NCBI RefSeq assembly: GCF_009914755.1
Contig: NC_060929.1
Length of the DNA: 64,000 nucleotides
Source of the DNA: the human T2T-CHM13v2.0 reference genome, Homo sapiens
Reading direction: 5' to 3' (one strand)
Part shown: positions 50,113 to 64,000 of the stretch, piece by piece
Layout: each line of letters opens with the position of its first letter
Numbering within the stretch: position 1 is the stretch's first letter
Program-made: the position numbers and the translations under genes
Notes under the pieces: generated by a model
Database searches by the model: none
Told to the model about the DNA's origin: nothing
Seen by the model: the letters and a program-made list of their open reading frames with translations, nothing else

Positions 50113-50944
50113 ACTGTGGACATGACATTAAGCAAAAGAGCCAGACACCAAGGAACATATCAGTGTGGTTCCATTCACAGGTTTTAAGAACAGGCAAACT
50201 TAGTTCTTGGTGTTGGAAATTAGGAATGTGGTTACATTTGTGAAAAGGGAGAGGGTGGTGACTGGGAAGAGGCACACCAGGACCTTCTCGAAAGCTGGTA
50301 GCATTTTATTTCTTGATCAAGTGGTAGCTACATACAAAGTGTTCACTTTGTTATAGTTCATCAAGCTGTGCATTTCAGATTAGTTCATATTGTATGTGTC
50401 ATAAATGAACAAAAAGTTTTTTTAAAAAAATAAAGTAAAACCATTCTAAACAACAAAATGTAAGAAATCACACCTGAAAGCGTAGAGCCCCCTGTGATAC
50501 CCAAGCCAAATTAAATACATCTTCCTTCAGAACATTAGTCACTATTCTACAATTATGTGCTAACATTCTGGGGTCTCTGGCTAGACTGTGAGCTATGAGG
50601 ACGGTCACCATGTCTCATTTATCTCTAATTCTCTAGTGCTTCAAATATGATGACACCAAAGACTGTTAATTATTGTTTAAATAAAAAACATTAAAAAAAT
50701 ACATGTACTAACAAAATTTGGTACACGCTGATGTCTTTTCCCTATCTTATATGAATGCCCCAAGTACTATTGTTTTTATGATCCATCTGTGGTCTTTCTT
50801 TTAAAAATATTCTTTTGCTTTGTGGACACTCATTTCTAATCTCCAAAGAGAATACATTTCTAAAAGAAGGGAACACAGACATGCACATATTCCCTTTAAG
50901 AATTTATTTATATATATATCACAGAGTTCCAATGCTATTGAAAG

Positions 50945-51258
50945 GGTAGTGCATAAACTAGTGTCAGTCCACAAACTGTTTACTATTGGGTTGTAGCAAG
51001 TTAAGTACAGGCATTGAAAATAGGTATTTAGAAATGAGTGCCTAAATTTGATTCTAGTACAATATCCAAGCATGTGCTCACTAAACTTGCCGTGTTGAGC
51101 AGGCTAGGTACCAATTTGGGTATTGTCAAACTCACATGGTGAGTTGTATATGACAGGAACTATATACTAGTCATTCATAACAGAACTAGATATTGGTCCA
51201 AGATAGATTGGACAGAAATATCTGGTTCTTCCTCATAGGTAGTTTTTAAGGTTCTGCC
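50945..51258. mobile_element. Charlie4-like hAT fragment
   Basis: cagtccacaaactgtt...caatatccaagcatgtg...ctggttcttcctcataggtagttt. Confidence 0.5.
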
Positions 51259-51480
51259 ATTGACAATTAAAACTGGAAAAGACCAATCCCATTATTTTAC
51301 AAATGGGAGAATTAAGACCTAGAGTTCACCCAGCTTCTGATCGCCAAGCTAGTAGTTTTTACTCTATAATGCCACCTGTATTCCTTAATGAGTGAGGGTT
51401 TGGGATAAAATCAATATTATGATTGCTGCTATTAGCAGTAGTAGCAACTGTAGCTACTACTAATACATATCCAGCGCTTA

Positions 51481-51558
51481 GTAGGTACCACCACAAAAAA
51501 TTGCTATTTTTATGTCAAAAATGGTCAAGTATTTATAATTTCACATGGTTCAACTCAT
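51481..51558. mobile_element. MADE2-like mariner MITE
   Basis: About 80-bp imperfect palindrome: taggt...aattgc...tcaaaaatggtcaa...aatttcacatggttcaac. Confidence 0.6.
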
Positions 51559-51589
51559 ATGAAATGCTGATAACAATGTCAAGTGTTTT

Positions 51590-51990
51590 TAAGCCTTAAA
51601 GAAGGAGCATCTGCAGCCAGACTTTTTGGGTTCCCATGTTGGCTCTGTCTCTTCCTGCCACATTGTGGCTGGCAAGTTAATTACATTTTCTCTGGTATAA
51701 GTTCCTACATCCACAACATGGAGCTAATAATAGTAACTATCTCAGAGATTTATTGAGGCTTAAATGATCCTATGCGGTTGAAGCCCTTGAAATAGCGACT
51801 GGCAGATAGTAAGTACTCAGTTAATGTTAGATGTTCTGGCTACTTCCAATATTACCTCTTCGATTAATTCTCAGGACAATCTTGTGAGGTAGAAACATTT
51901 TATCCTCAGTTTATAGATAAGGAGACTGGAGCTCAAAGAGAGTAATTTGAACTGTTGTCTGCATGATTGCAAGCACATTCTCTCTGTCTT
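51590..51990. mobile_element. Two MIR fragments in opposite orientation
   Basis: ggcaagttaattacattttctctg...tagtaagtactcag (sense); tatcctcagtttatagataaggagactgg (antisense). Confidence 0.65.
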
Positions 51991-53308
51991 ACATGCTAAT
52001 TTTCAGTTCAGTGCCTGTTAAATCAAGTCTAATAGTTCCTGGGGCATTTCATCAGAATTGCCAATATTTGAGTGTATCTAGCTTCTGGGATTCTATAATA
52101 GTCAGTTATGTAAAAGACAATGCAAGCTATTTTATCGTCTAAGGAAGAGAAGCAAGTTTCGCCATTTCTCTGTTTTTAGGTCTCCAGATTCACAAGCATA
52201 TTGTAAGCAATAAATAAGCTGATAACAGCTTCTGATTTTATAACAGTACAGCCTTGCGGTGACCCCTTATGTATTGCTGCTACTTCCCAAAGAACCCCCA
52301 AACCTCAGTTAGAACTGTCCCCTGGATTACTGAGAGGGAAAACTCCATGTGGCACCTGCTAACAAGAACCTGTGCTGTTAAACTTGGTTAGTGTTTTATA
52401 CAAGACCAAAGAAACACTGTCTTCTCTTTTTCTCCTTAAACAGAATAAGTAGTCGAGAAATTCCTTTGAGAAGCAACAAGATTTGATTGAATTTTTCAGA
52501 ATTTCTTATTATTGTGTCAAGTTCACTTGACAGCAAAGGACAAACTGCCTTTCAAATGCTATAAATGAATGCATCAGCAATTCAGAAGGAAAAACGCGGG
52601 TTATTAAGTAGGAACAAGTCTCTCTGAATATATTTACACCAGCTCATGGAAACCATTGTCCTCAGAAACCTCTGCAAAAATCTATTTTCTAGTGTCGGTA
52701 TTGCTTTAAGTTTGACAGATGATGGTAAAATACAATGAAATTACCTTTGAGCTCTGATATGTATATCAGCGCCCACATCTCTCACAATTTGATTTTTTAT
52801 TTTTCCAACACAGCCATCTATTTTCAATATTATCCCTGCACACTCCAGGTTTATGCCTGGGGAAAATAACTATTTATGCCTAAGTCATACTTATATGCAG
52901 AATTTACACTATATGTAAACATACACACATACAATACACATGTGTAAATACATATTAGTTAAGAGCTGGAAGGAACCTTTCAGATCTTCAAGTCTTTACT
53001 GTCACATTACAAATGAAGAATCTGAAGCCCCAACAGAAATGCTATTGAGAAGGCCACACAGAAACCTGACTTCAAAGTGAGATTTGAGAGAATAAGGATG
53101 TAGCAAGTTCCTACTATGTTCTGAGGGTTACAGGAGGCATATTCCATTCATAAGTTCTTATACCATTTCTATGATGTTGGTATCACTCCCATTTGATAGA
53201 TGAGAAAATTGAGGCTTACAAAAGTAGCACAGCTAAGAAAATAGCACAGCTAATAAATGGCACAAATGAAATTAAAGCACTGATGTAACTAGGTTCTTTC
53301 TAGCATAC

Positions 53309-53748
53309 CAGCATTTCTCTAAATACATTCACTGCCATATCACTGACATAATTTTGCTAATCCACGTGCCAACTGTATTTTAACTTTTTTGATTAATTAA
53401 TGTAAACATTTATAAAGGAAAAGTTTATCACCATTTAAATAGCATGCCATAAAGAGAAGAAAACTATTGCTGAGTTTTAGCTGGACCCTGCTGCTACCTA
53501 AAGACATCAAAATTGCATCCAGCTCTCTTTGTTGAAATGGGAGATTAGCAATGGGTAGAGAGGTATTAAAGGTCTAGTCATACCAAAATGAGACTTAATG
53601 ATGGAAAGAGAGTTGAGAGGGAAAACTTTTACTATGTGATCTAGCTATTTGATATAATACGTGAGTATCACCTAAAGTCATCTTTGTCCTACCTAAGATC
53701 ATTTTTGGTTCTATCATGGTACCTGTTCTTCACTTTGAGAAACACTGC
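53309..53748 (-). mobile_element. MER113-like hAT-Charlie element
   Basis: ctctctttgttgaaatgggagattagca...accaaaatgagactt...cactttgagaaacactg terminus. Confidence 0.65.
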
Positions 53749-53769
53749 AGTACATATAGTAACTGGGCA

Positions 53770-53954
53770 TGTTCTCCAGGTCATGGTTCTGGAACTCCAT
53801 CAGAATCACCTGAAGGCCTATTTAAAACAGATTTCTGAGTGATCCCGAGTTTCTGACTCAGCATGTCTGTGGCAGGGCCTGAGGTTTTGCCCTTCTAATA
53901 GTTCCCGAGTAATTCTGATACAGCCGGCCCAGGAAGCATATTTGGGAACCACTG
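53770..53954. mobile_element. MER5A
   Basis: catcagaatcacctg...gtttctgactcagcatgtctg...tttgggaaccactg. Confidence 0.8.
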
Positions 53955-54445
53955 CTCTAGGTTGTACTTGGGGAGGAGGAGGTAGAGAACATACGGTAGC
54001 ATGTGTGTGAAGATTTCACCATCAATCTTGCTTGTGAGTGGAGGGATCTGGAATTTTTAATTAAGCAGATGAGGCAAAGAAACAATGTATTCTTGTGTTC
54101 CTGTGTCACTTCTTCAACTTAATGAGTTCAGATTGATACTGCACCATACCAGAGCGACCTGCAAAAACTTTATCTAAGAGACAAAAGTACCTCCTCTCAA
54201 ATAATACAAGTTGTTTTCAGGCTGCTAACTATCTGCAAGGCTCCCTGCATTGGCAACAGCAGCCAGTGATCACTAATAACGAAAGCAGAAAATGAGATTC
54301 TCCTTCTTTTCTCCAGACGTTTAAGACAGTACTTAATAAACAAAAAATGCCATATCCATTAATATTCTTTCTCATCTGGTTCTCTTAGTAGTAACTAGCA
54401 ATTATTAAGTGCCTTCTGTGGGCCAATTATTGAATTGTACTGGCA

Positions 54446-54448
<3 letters not shown>

Positions 54449-54485
<37 letters not shown>
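54449..54485. repeat. (CA)n microsatellite
   Basis: Directly visible. Confidence 0.95.
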
Positions 54486-54490
<5 letters not shown>

Positions 54491-54969
54491 AATGTGAGCA
54501 TTTGACAGGCGAAGTAACTTGCCAAGGTTACACAATTATAGGAAGCAGAACTGTAATTCATATGCAAGTTTTATTCCAAAGCCCGTTTTTTTTCTACTAA
54601 ACAATACCCACTCCTATTCTGACTACCCAACTTCATCTCTTAATAAAAGGGTATTTTATAAAAAATGAAAAGAAGAAAAGTCTCCAGAAACTTAAACTTT
54701 GTAGTTAAAAGAATTGTAAAACAATGTCACCAGAAAATGAGAAATCAGTGACATTTAATCAGCAGAAAAGCTAGAACTCCCTAGGTTCAAAGCAAAATTT
54801 AAGAATGCCTGGCTAAGTTTTACTTTAAGGAGAGTGGGTAAATGGGTAGAATCAGTCTCAGGAATCCAACGAGTTTTAGTTTACTTTTGAGTCACAAAAG
54901 AAATTTTCATTCCCTTCTGACATGGCAGAAGCTGTTTGAAGAATGAAAGTGGTAGTAGAAGCAACACTG

Positions 54970-55400
<431 letters not shown>

Positions 55401-58400
55401 CTAGACTAAGTTCCATTCCATTCCTCAGAGCTCCGTTCCTTTGAAAGGCAGCCTCCTTCACTGGACTTATCAGTATCACATGCTTCAAAAGATAAGGCTC
55501 ATCGTTTAGCACGAGAGGAGTATGATTTAACTGTAAAAAGTCAGCATGTGGGTTTCAACCTTCAGTTTCTCAAGAGCCTATTAATCCACCCATATGTGAT
55601 GTTATCCTGCTATACTCTTTAAAAAATACATGATGAAAACCTGAGGAGAGATCCTGAACCCTTAAATCCATATAATTAGGCTGTAAGAAATGAATTTTCC
55701 AAGAATTTTTTAAAAAGTCATCAATGGATGAAATGACAAACTCAGTGGGTGTTATTAAGAGTAATTATAGTAACATCTAGACAGAAAACAACATCTGTGA
55801 TCTGCCTGATTAATGGCTTAATGTAACTGTATGTCTGTTAATGGAATAATACTCCAAGCAGTCTTGACTGTACATTTGCAAGATCTGGAAACAGAGAAGA
55901 AACTGTGGAAGAAGGAAGTAGCAGAGTGCCAGATTGGCTTTTGGAGGTCAAGCTCCTCTCTACAGTTTTCAAATTCTCCTCTGCCTACCTGGCAAATTCA
56001 GAGAAAATTGCCTGGCAAATTCAGAGAAAAACCAAGTTCCACCAGACACAGGCATGCACTCCTGTAGGCAAAATAACTAGCAGCTCAGTATAATTTTTAT
56101 TTTTAACATTACTTTTCACCTTAGGGTTAGGGATAGTGTCACTCCAGCCTTAATAGCAGGCCACAGGACTGTCCTAAATGTATTCATCACAGACCTGCAT
56201 GCATGGGGCTTTTTTATTTTTTTTCTGGAAGGAGTAACTCATACTTAGGGAAAAAACACATTTTTCTTTAAGCAACAGTTTTCTCCTTTGAACTCAAAGG
56301 AAAGTCAAGCTTCCCACCTATAGTTGAAAACTACTGCAATATGGCAGCTTCAGAGTTTATCAAGATGAAATTGGGAAGCCATGTAATGATCTCATTCTCT
56401 TCCTCAAAGCTATAGTTTCTTTCTGCTTTGAGAAGAAGGCTGTAACTCCATCTGCTTCCTCAGGCTGCACTGGATGAATGCAGGATAGCAGGATATATTA
56501 TTTATCATAAAATGTATTCAGGCACATTCAGACTGCAAGCCCTGTTGAGTGAGGAAGTAGCATTTGCCATCAGCTTATCATAATGAAATCAATTGACGAA
56601 AAATAAAACATTCTGTTAGAAAAGAAATGTGGATCTCGCACCCAGAAAGCCAAATGAAATTTCAAATGCAGTGTAAAGAAAAGTAGTCATATCCTGGGCC
56701 TAATTCAGAACTTAGACTTGATGATTCTAAGAGGCAATTACTCCCCCATTATATAGGTTAAGGCCAGGATGCTTTTACTTACCCCAGCAAAGCTGACGTC
56801 CCTATTGAGCAGACTCCAGTAGAAGAAAACAGTGCTTGAAAGTGGCGGTATTTCTCTCGCACACCTTGGCTAAAATAGTTCTCTTTCCTATGGAATTTTT
56901 CATTTTTCTGATTATATCTGATTATGTCAAGGCAAGGCCTCAAGCTAACACTCCCTCAGAAACTTAGAGAAGATGACACACTGAAAAGAAATAACTGTGA
57001 CCAATGAAAGAAAAAGGAAAAATAAGCTGCCTCGCTAGGCCCAAGAGTGAAAGAGAAGAATAGCAAGTCTGTGAATGTGAGGCCGAGTCCCAGAACAGTG
57101 AAGGCAGTGTTCTTTGGCTTGGCTGAACATTTACATTGTTAGACATGGTTCTTGCATAAATTTCTACTTCCTGTGAATCAATGAGCCAGCAATATCAAAA
57201 TTCATGGTGATTTTTATTCTCTACGCATGGTACAAAATGACTTTGTCCATCTACCTTTGGTAATGCATGTAATTAAGTGTGAGACAATTATAACCTTGCA
57301 GTTCTCTTTGGGGGGCCTGAAATATGATTCAGCTGCTGGGTTTCAAGGGCACTTAAGAAAGAAAAGACTCTCTACAGTGACTTTTATATGCATGCTGATG
57401 ATGAATTTGCCCTCAAAGCTTCAGAAGTCTCATTTTGCAGTAGTCATAGTTTTTATTGATTACTGTTTGATTATACAAAATAAGGAAAGTGGGACCAATA
57501 TATTATAGTGGCAGATTATGTGAATGGTGCAAACTTACAGAAAATCAGAATTAGTAATGGGCTTATTGATAGCTTCGATTCATACCCTAAAATGAGATTT
57601 TCATGTATAATCCTTTTATTAAGTTACCTACAACTCAACTAATTGGCATAAATGTCATGAGCAAGTTGCTGTATTGATGGATAATTATTGATGGGTCCAT
57701 AAATAAAAGAGAAGGTAGAATGAGCAGTAAGTTGATTTTAAGGGTAGTAAAAAAAAAGAAATATTACCAAACTTAGGAATAAAAGGTGTTGGAAAGAAGT
57801 GAACATACTAACTTCATGAAAATCTTTACATAAGATTTTGGTTGGTTGGTAGAGTAATTGTGAACTTTGTATGTACCTACAGATCTTATCAGAATACCAA
57901 GAAGAAACATGGACATAGGAAACATTTTACAAGAGAAGAAACACCCACACCATCTAAAATCTGCATCGCTGTGTGTGTAAGACACAAGCTAGGAATTTTT
58001 AAGAACATGAAATTTGCCTATGCTTTAGACAGTCTAGAATTTTTAAAAGAGCGAGTTGGCATTTCAAAATTCTCCATCTGCTAAAGAGAAGAATGCTTAA
58101 GTCCCTGTTCCTTTACTTCCCTTCACTCAGAGTGCTCTGGCTTCTAGGGACGAGTGTGGTCTAGAATCACAGATATGGTTAAATTGCAGAATATTGCACT
58201 AGTGGGTAACTGGAGTTTATTTAGTGAAGCCCCCTTGTGCCATGGAGGAGAATGCTGAAGCTCAGAGAAGTGAATACAATTGCTCAAAGCCAAACAGGAA
58301 TTTGGTGGTGAACATGGGACCTCAAACCACATTGTCTTTCTCCTAAGACTAGTATATTTTCCATCACTGGTCTTTCTCCTAAGACCAGCTCTTTCCCATT

Positions 58401-59029
58401 ATCACTTTCCTGGTAAAGAGAGAGGCACATGCAATTTAGGAACAAATGTGTCTGTAGCATCCCTTGGGTTTTCATGCTAACCAATGAATAGAGAGTCCTC
58501 AAATATGTTCATTTTCCAAACTGCCTGGAAATCGTAAATACTAACAGACATATGGCAAATTATTTATAAAATGTGTTGAAATTAAGTGACACTGTCTGGC
58601 TAATTAGAACCCTAATAAACAAATAATAGATAAGAAATGCTATGTTCAGTTTTTATTAGAGGGACTATCTTTCTTTTGTTTGGCTGCTGGAATTTTGTAA
58701 TAAATCATATTTTAAAAATCACACTCACAGAGTTTTACTTATAGTTCCTATTTCCAGCAGGCAATCTTTCTACACTAAAGCAATTTAGCATTTTTGTATG
58801 TATTTGCATTTCTTATTGACCACATCATGCTTTTCATTCCTGATTTTTACACAGTGTGTCATGTCTAGCTTTTATATTCTTGCTGCCCAAACTAGTCAAT
58901 TAAAGAAGCAATGGTAGACAGAGGCTTTTGCTCCCATCCCCGACACCAGTACCACACAACCAGGATGGATTTCATAATCTTAAGACTATCTTCTACAAGC
59001 TGTGCAAGTGTTATTGGTGGTAATTTTTA

Positions 59030-59620
59030 TTTTTTATTATACTTTAAATTTCTGGGATACACATGCAGAACATGCAGGTTACGTAGGTATACACGTGCCA
59101 TGGTGGTTTGCTGCACCCATCAACCCGTCACCTACATTTGGCATTTCTCCTAATGCTATCCCTTCCCCTAGCCCCCCAACCCCTGACAGGCCCCAGTGTG
59201 TGATGTTTCTTCCCTGTGTCCATGTGTTCTCATTGTTCAACTCCCACTTATGAGAACATGTGGTGTTTGGTTTTCTGTTCCTGTGTTAGTTTGCTAAAAA
59301 TGATGGCTTCCAGCTTCATCCATGTCCCTGCAAAGGACATGAACTCATCCTTTTTTATGGCTGCATAGTATTCCATGGTGTGTATGTGCTACATTTTCTT
59401 TATCCAGTCTATCATTGATGGGCATTTAGGTTGGTTCCAAGTCTTTGCTATTGTGAACAGTGCTGTAATAAACATACCTGTGCATGTGTCTTTATAGTAG
59501 AATGACTTATAGGGTATATGCCCAGTAATGGGATTGCTGGGTCAAATTGTATTTATGGTTCTAGATCCTTGAAGAATCTCCGCACTGTCTTCTACAATGG
59601 TTGAACTAATTTACACTCCC
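59030..59620 (-). mobile_element. 5'-truncated L1PA7/8-like 3' end
   Basis: ttattatactttaa...ctcctaatgctatccc...ccccagtgtgtgatg; 18-bp TSD tattggtg(g/c)taattttta at 59012-59029 and 59621-59638. Confidence 0.92.
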
Positions 59621-59819
59621 TATTGGTGCTAATTTTTACTGAGTACTTTGTGCCAGCACCATGTTAAGTGCTCTACATACTTTGACTCATTTAATTCCCT
59701 CAAAAACTTTAATAGATTGACGCAATTATTCTTATTCTACGAGAGAGAAAATGTAGGAAAAGGAATAAAATAACTGTGCTTTCACATAACTAGGAAGTAT
59801 CTGGGACTCAAACTACAGA

Positions 59820-62800
59820 TTGTTTAACCATTCACCTTTGAAGGACATCTGAGTTATTTCCAGCTCTGTTATAAAGTTGCTATAAACATTTGTGCACAGG
59901 TTTTGTGTGAATAGAAGTATTTTTCTAGAATAAATGCACAGACAGAAGTTTAATTCCTGGATTGTATGGTATGTTTAGTATTTTAATAAATGCTTGTTTA
60001 GTATTTTAATCCTAGATGTATTTGCACGTTTAGTATTTTAAGAAACTGCGATATTCTTCCAGAGTGACTATACCATTTTACTTTCTTACCAGAAATGTGT
60101 GAGGGCCCTAGTTTCTCCGCATCCTCACCAGCATTTGGTGTTGTCACTACTCTTTAGTTATTTCAATAGGTGTATAGCAATATCTCATTTTGGTTTTAAT
60201 TTGCATTTTCCTAATGGATAATGATGTTGAGTATCTTTTTATGTGCTTATTTCTCAGTTATATATTTTGTTTGGTGAAATATTTCTTAATGTCTTTTGCT
60301 TATGTTTTAATTAATTTTTGTTTGTTTTTTTTTTAGTTTTGAGTGTTCTTTATATACTATACCTTTGTCGGATATGTGGTTGGGAAATGTTTTCTTTCAA
60401 TCCATAACTTATCTTTTTATCCCCTTCACAGGGTATTACACAGATCAAAAGGTTTATTTACATCAATTTTTAAAGCAATATTGAATCAATTTTCCTTTTC
60501 ACTCTTTGCATACTTCTAAATCTTAAATATTTATCCTATTTCTCTAAAAATTTTATAATTTTATGAATTACTTTTAAGTCTATGATCCATTTTGAGTTAA
60601 ATTTTGTGTAAACTGTAATGTTAAGATCAAGGTTTCCTTGTGTGTTTATTTGGATTTTCAATTGTACTAGAACCACTTGTTTTATGACTGTCCTTCCTCC
60701 ATTGAATTGTTCTTGTAACTTTGTAAAAAAAAAAATTAGTTGCATATTTGTGTGGATCTATTTCTGGATTCTGGATTCTTCTCCATTGTTTATACCCCTG
60801 CCAGTACCAGTCTTGATGACTATAATCATATAAATCTTAAAATCAGGTAGATAGATTCCTTCCACTTTATTTTTTTTCAAAATTGTTTTAACTATTCTTG
60901 GTTTCATGCTTTTTCATATAAATTGTATAATAATCTTGTCTGTACCTAGAAAAAACTTTTTGGATTTTGATAGTGATTGTATTAAATTCATATACTAATT
61001 TGGGAAAAATGGACATCTTTACTATTTGAATAGTCCAATCAATGGACATAGTGTGTCTCTTCATCTATGTAGGTCCTCTTTCATTTATGTTATCAACATT
61101 GTGTAGTTTTTAGCATATGAGTCCGGTACACATTTTGCTTGCTGCACATATGTTCTGGCTGGTATACCAAAATAGAATAAATTTCTGTATGTTTATCTTG
61201 TATTCTGCAATTTTGGTGACTTGCTCATTAGTTCTAGGAGTATATTGTAGATTCCTTGGATTTTCTACAAAGACAATCATGTCACCTGCAAATAGAAACG
61301 GTATTATTTCTTCCTTTCTAATATGTATGCCTATTATTTTATTTTCTTGCCTTATTGCACTCACTGAAAGTTTTAAGGCTATGTTGAATAAAAGTGATGA
61401 GAGTGAACATCATTGTCTTGTTCTCAGTCTCAGGGGGAAAATATTAAGTCTGTCACTAATAAGTATAATGTTAGCTGTATATTGTATGTAGATGATTTGA
61501 GTTGTATGTAGATGATTTGTATGTAGATTTGTATGTAGATGATTTGAGTTGAGGGAGTTCTCTTGTATTTCTATTTTACTGAGATATTTTTTATCGTGAA
61601 TGGGTTTTGAATTAGTTTTTTCCTGCATTAATTCCATTTGAATTTAATTAATGCATTAATTGATATGATCATGTAATTTTTCTGCTTTAGCTAGTTAATG
61701 TGGTCTATTACATTAATTGATTTTCAGATCTTGACCTAGCTTTGCATACCTGAAATAGACTCCATTTGGCCATCATGTATAATTTTTTAATTGATGAATT
61801 TTGTTTTCTAATATTTTGTTAATAACTTTTGCATTTATATTCATGAAGGCTTTGGGTCTATAATTTTTTATACTGTTTTTCCTGGTTTTGATATCACGGT
61901 AATACCAGCTTCATAAAACAATTTGAGATATAACCTATTCTACTTTATCTTCTGGAAAATATTTACAGAATTTGAATTAATTTTTCTTTAAACAAATTGT
62001 AGGATTCCCCAGTGAAATCATCTGGGTCTGGAAATGTCTTTTTTGGAAGTTTTAAAATAACAAATTCAGTTTCCTTAACAGATATAGAGCTATTGGAAGT
62101 ATCTATTTTGCATTCAGTGAGTTTTGGTAGTTTGTATTTTTTTTTTTAAGGAATTGGTCCATTTTGTCTAGAGTTGTCTATATTATTTTCTTATTATCCC
62201 TTGATTCTGCTGTGTCAGTGGTGATATCCATTTCATTTTTGATATCGGTAATTTTTGTCTATTCTCTTGTCAGTCTTGCTGGAGGTCTATTAATTCTATT
62301 TGTTGATCTTTTAAAAGAACCATCTCTTTGCTTTGTTGATTTTCTTGTTTTCAATTTTAGGGATTTCTGTTTTTTAATTTATTTCCTTGTGTTTGCTTTG
62401 GGATATTTTTATCTTCTTTTTCTATATTTCTGAGATGGAAGCTTAGATTATTAGAGAAAATTTTCTCTTTTCTAGCATAGGCATTTAGTGATATAAATTT
62501 CTCTCTTGGCATTGCTTTAGCTGTGTCCCATTAATTTTACTGTGTTGTATTTTAAATTTTTGTTCAGTTCAATGTATTTTTCCCTTGAGATTTGCTGTTT
62601 TATTCATGAGCTATTTAGATGTGTATAGTTTAATTTTCAAGTGTTTTCAGATTTCTTTTATCTTTCTATAACTAATTTCTAGTTGGATTTCATTATGGTC
62701 AGAGAATGCACTCTGTACAATTTTAATTATTTTAAATTTGTCGACATTCATTTTGTGGCTCAGAATATATTATTTCCTGGTATTTGTTTGATGGCACTTA

Positions 62801-64000
62801 AAGAGAATGAATATTCTACTTTTCTTGGGGGAGAAGTATTCTACAATTGTCTATTAATCTGTTTTATTTGATGTAAAATTTTTATATTCGATTTTTTATT
62901 TTTTAAAAATCAATTGAGAGTGGGGTATTGTGGAATTGTCTATTTTTCCTCCTTTCAGTCATATTGGTTTTTGTTTTACATGCTTTGTGACTATGTTGTT
63001 TGGTGCATACATATTTAAAATTGTGTCTCCCTGGTGGATTGAGCTTTTGACCATTATATAATGTCTCTGTCTCTGGTAATTTTCTTTGTTCTGAAGTTTA
63101 CTTTGTCTGATATTAATATAGGTACTTTTGTTTTCCTTGGATTAATGTCTCCATAATATATCTTTTTCCATCCTTTTATTTTTAATCTGCTTATATTGCT
63201 GTATTTGAAGTCAGTTTCTCGTAGAAAGCATGTAACTGATCATTTTAAAATCTACTTTGTCAATCTTTTTTTTAAAATAAATTTTGAATTTTGTTTCTCA
63301 AGTCACTGGTATGTAAACTGTGTTCCTTGGAGTCCCAGATATTTTCCACCTGCCAGTGGGTCTGTAACTGGAGGAAAAAGGCAGGCTGCATGGTGAGGTT
63401 CCAGGCCCCAAACCCCATGTTTTAATTGGCATAATCACTTGCATATAATGTGATTATTAATATGTTAGGGACTAAGATTACCATTTTGTCTTTTTCTTGT
63501 TTTCTTTTTCTTACCTTCCTGTGGTTGTTTGAACAGTTTTTTAGAATTCCATTTTCAGCTTTTGCATTTTTGAGTATATCTCTTTGTATAGCTTTTTGAA
63601 TGATTTAGATATTGTATTATATATACACAACTTATTACAATCTATAGTTTTATCATTTTACCAGTTTGAGTGACATATAAAAAATTTACTTCTTTTCTCC
63701 TTCCTAATTTATAATATAATTTTCATAAATATGTCCTCTACATATATTTAGAAGCAAATGAAACGTGTCATAATTTTTACTTCAATAGTGAAACATAATT
63801 TAGAAAGTTTAAGAAAAGCCTATTGCATTTAGCTATTTTTTTAAATTAACATGTTATATTTTCCTTTCTGATGTTCCAAGATTACTTATTTTGTCTTTCC
63901 TTTTTGTTTAGAGAACTTCTCTTAGCCTTCTTTTAAGATAAGTCTGCTGGCAACTAATTCCCTTGGTTTTCCTTCATTTGCAAATGTCTTTTATTTCCCC
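59820..64000 (-). mobile_element. Old L1 (L1MC/L1MD-like), antisense, runs off the window
   Basis: Antisense ORF2 remnants 60536-60745, 61110-61364 (FLFAGDMIV), 61410-61637. Confidence 0.8.
61484..61551. repeat. Short minisatellite (tgtatgtagatgattt variants)
   Basis: Four imperfect copies of tgtatgtaga within the L1M. Confidence 0.85.

Noticed and set aside
53223-53252. Small duplications (tagcacagctaa twice; also tagaaatcta twice near 45231)
   Set aside because: Ordinary slippage duplications within decayed repeats.
55883-55945. Possible small coding exon (DLETEKKLWKKEVAECQIGFW)
   Set aside because: The acceptor (ttgcaag) and donor (gag/gtcaag) are weak and the peptide is not recognised; it would need RNA evidence.
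59973-60041. CRISPR-like repeat-spacer array
   Set aside because: Only three 14-nt repeats with short unequal spacers inside a mammalian LINE, and no cas genes.

Overview
This window is repeat-dense, AT-rich primate (catarrhine, probably hominoid/human) intronic or intergenic DNA. I found no host protein-coding exon, RNA gene or CRISPR array that I can support. Almost every ORF in the track is LINE-1 ORF0/ORF1/ORF2 remnant, antisense Alu/L1 reading, or chance. The main structures are two nested retroelement stacks. (1) A ~13 kb L1MA2-like element (15812-28735) contains a full-length, inactivated L1PA4-like element, an L1PA13-15-like 3' end and an AluY. (2) An antisense L1PA16/L1PB-like element (30510-35090) contains a MER11 solo LTR and a 5'-inverted (twin-primed) L1PA3-like insertion. 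The remainder is MaLR/ERVL LTRs, Alus, MIR/L2, old L1M fragments, and hAT/TcMar DNA-transposon relics. The most unusual observation is that the twin-primed L1's inversion point falls at the same L1 coordinate as its antisense host insertion site, suggesting homology-guided internal priming. Several small templated insertions and duplications are also visible. I do not see a supportable new biological system. Subfamily names come from my recall of consensus sequences, not from a database search, and boundaries of old elements are approximate.
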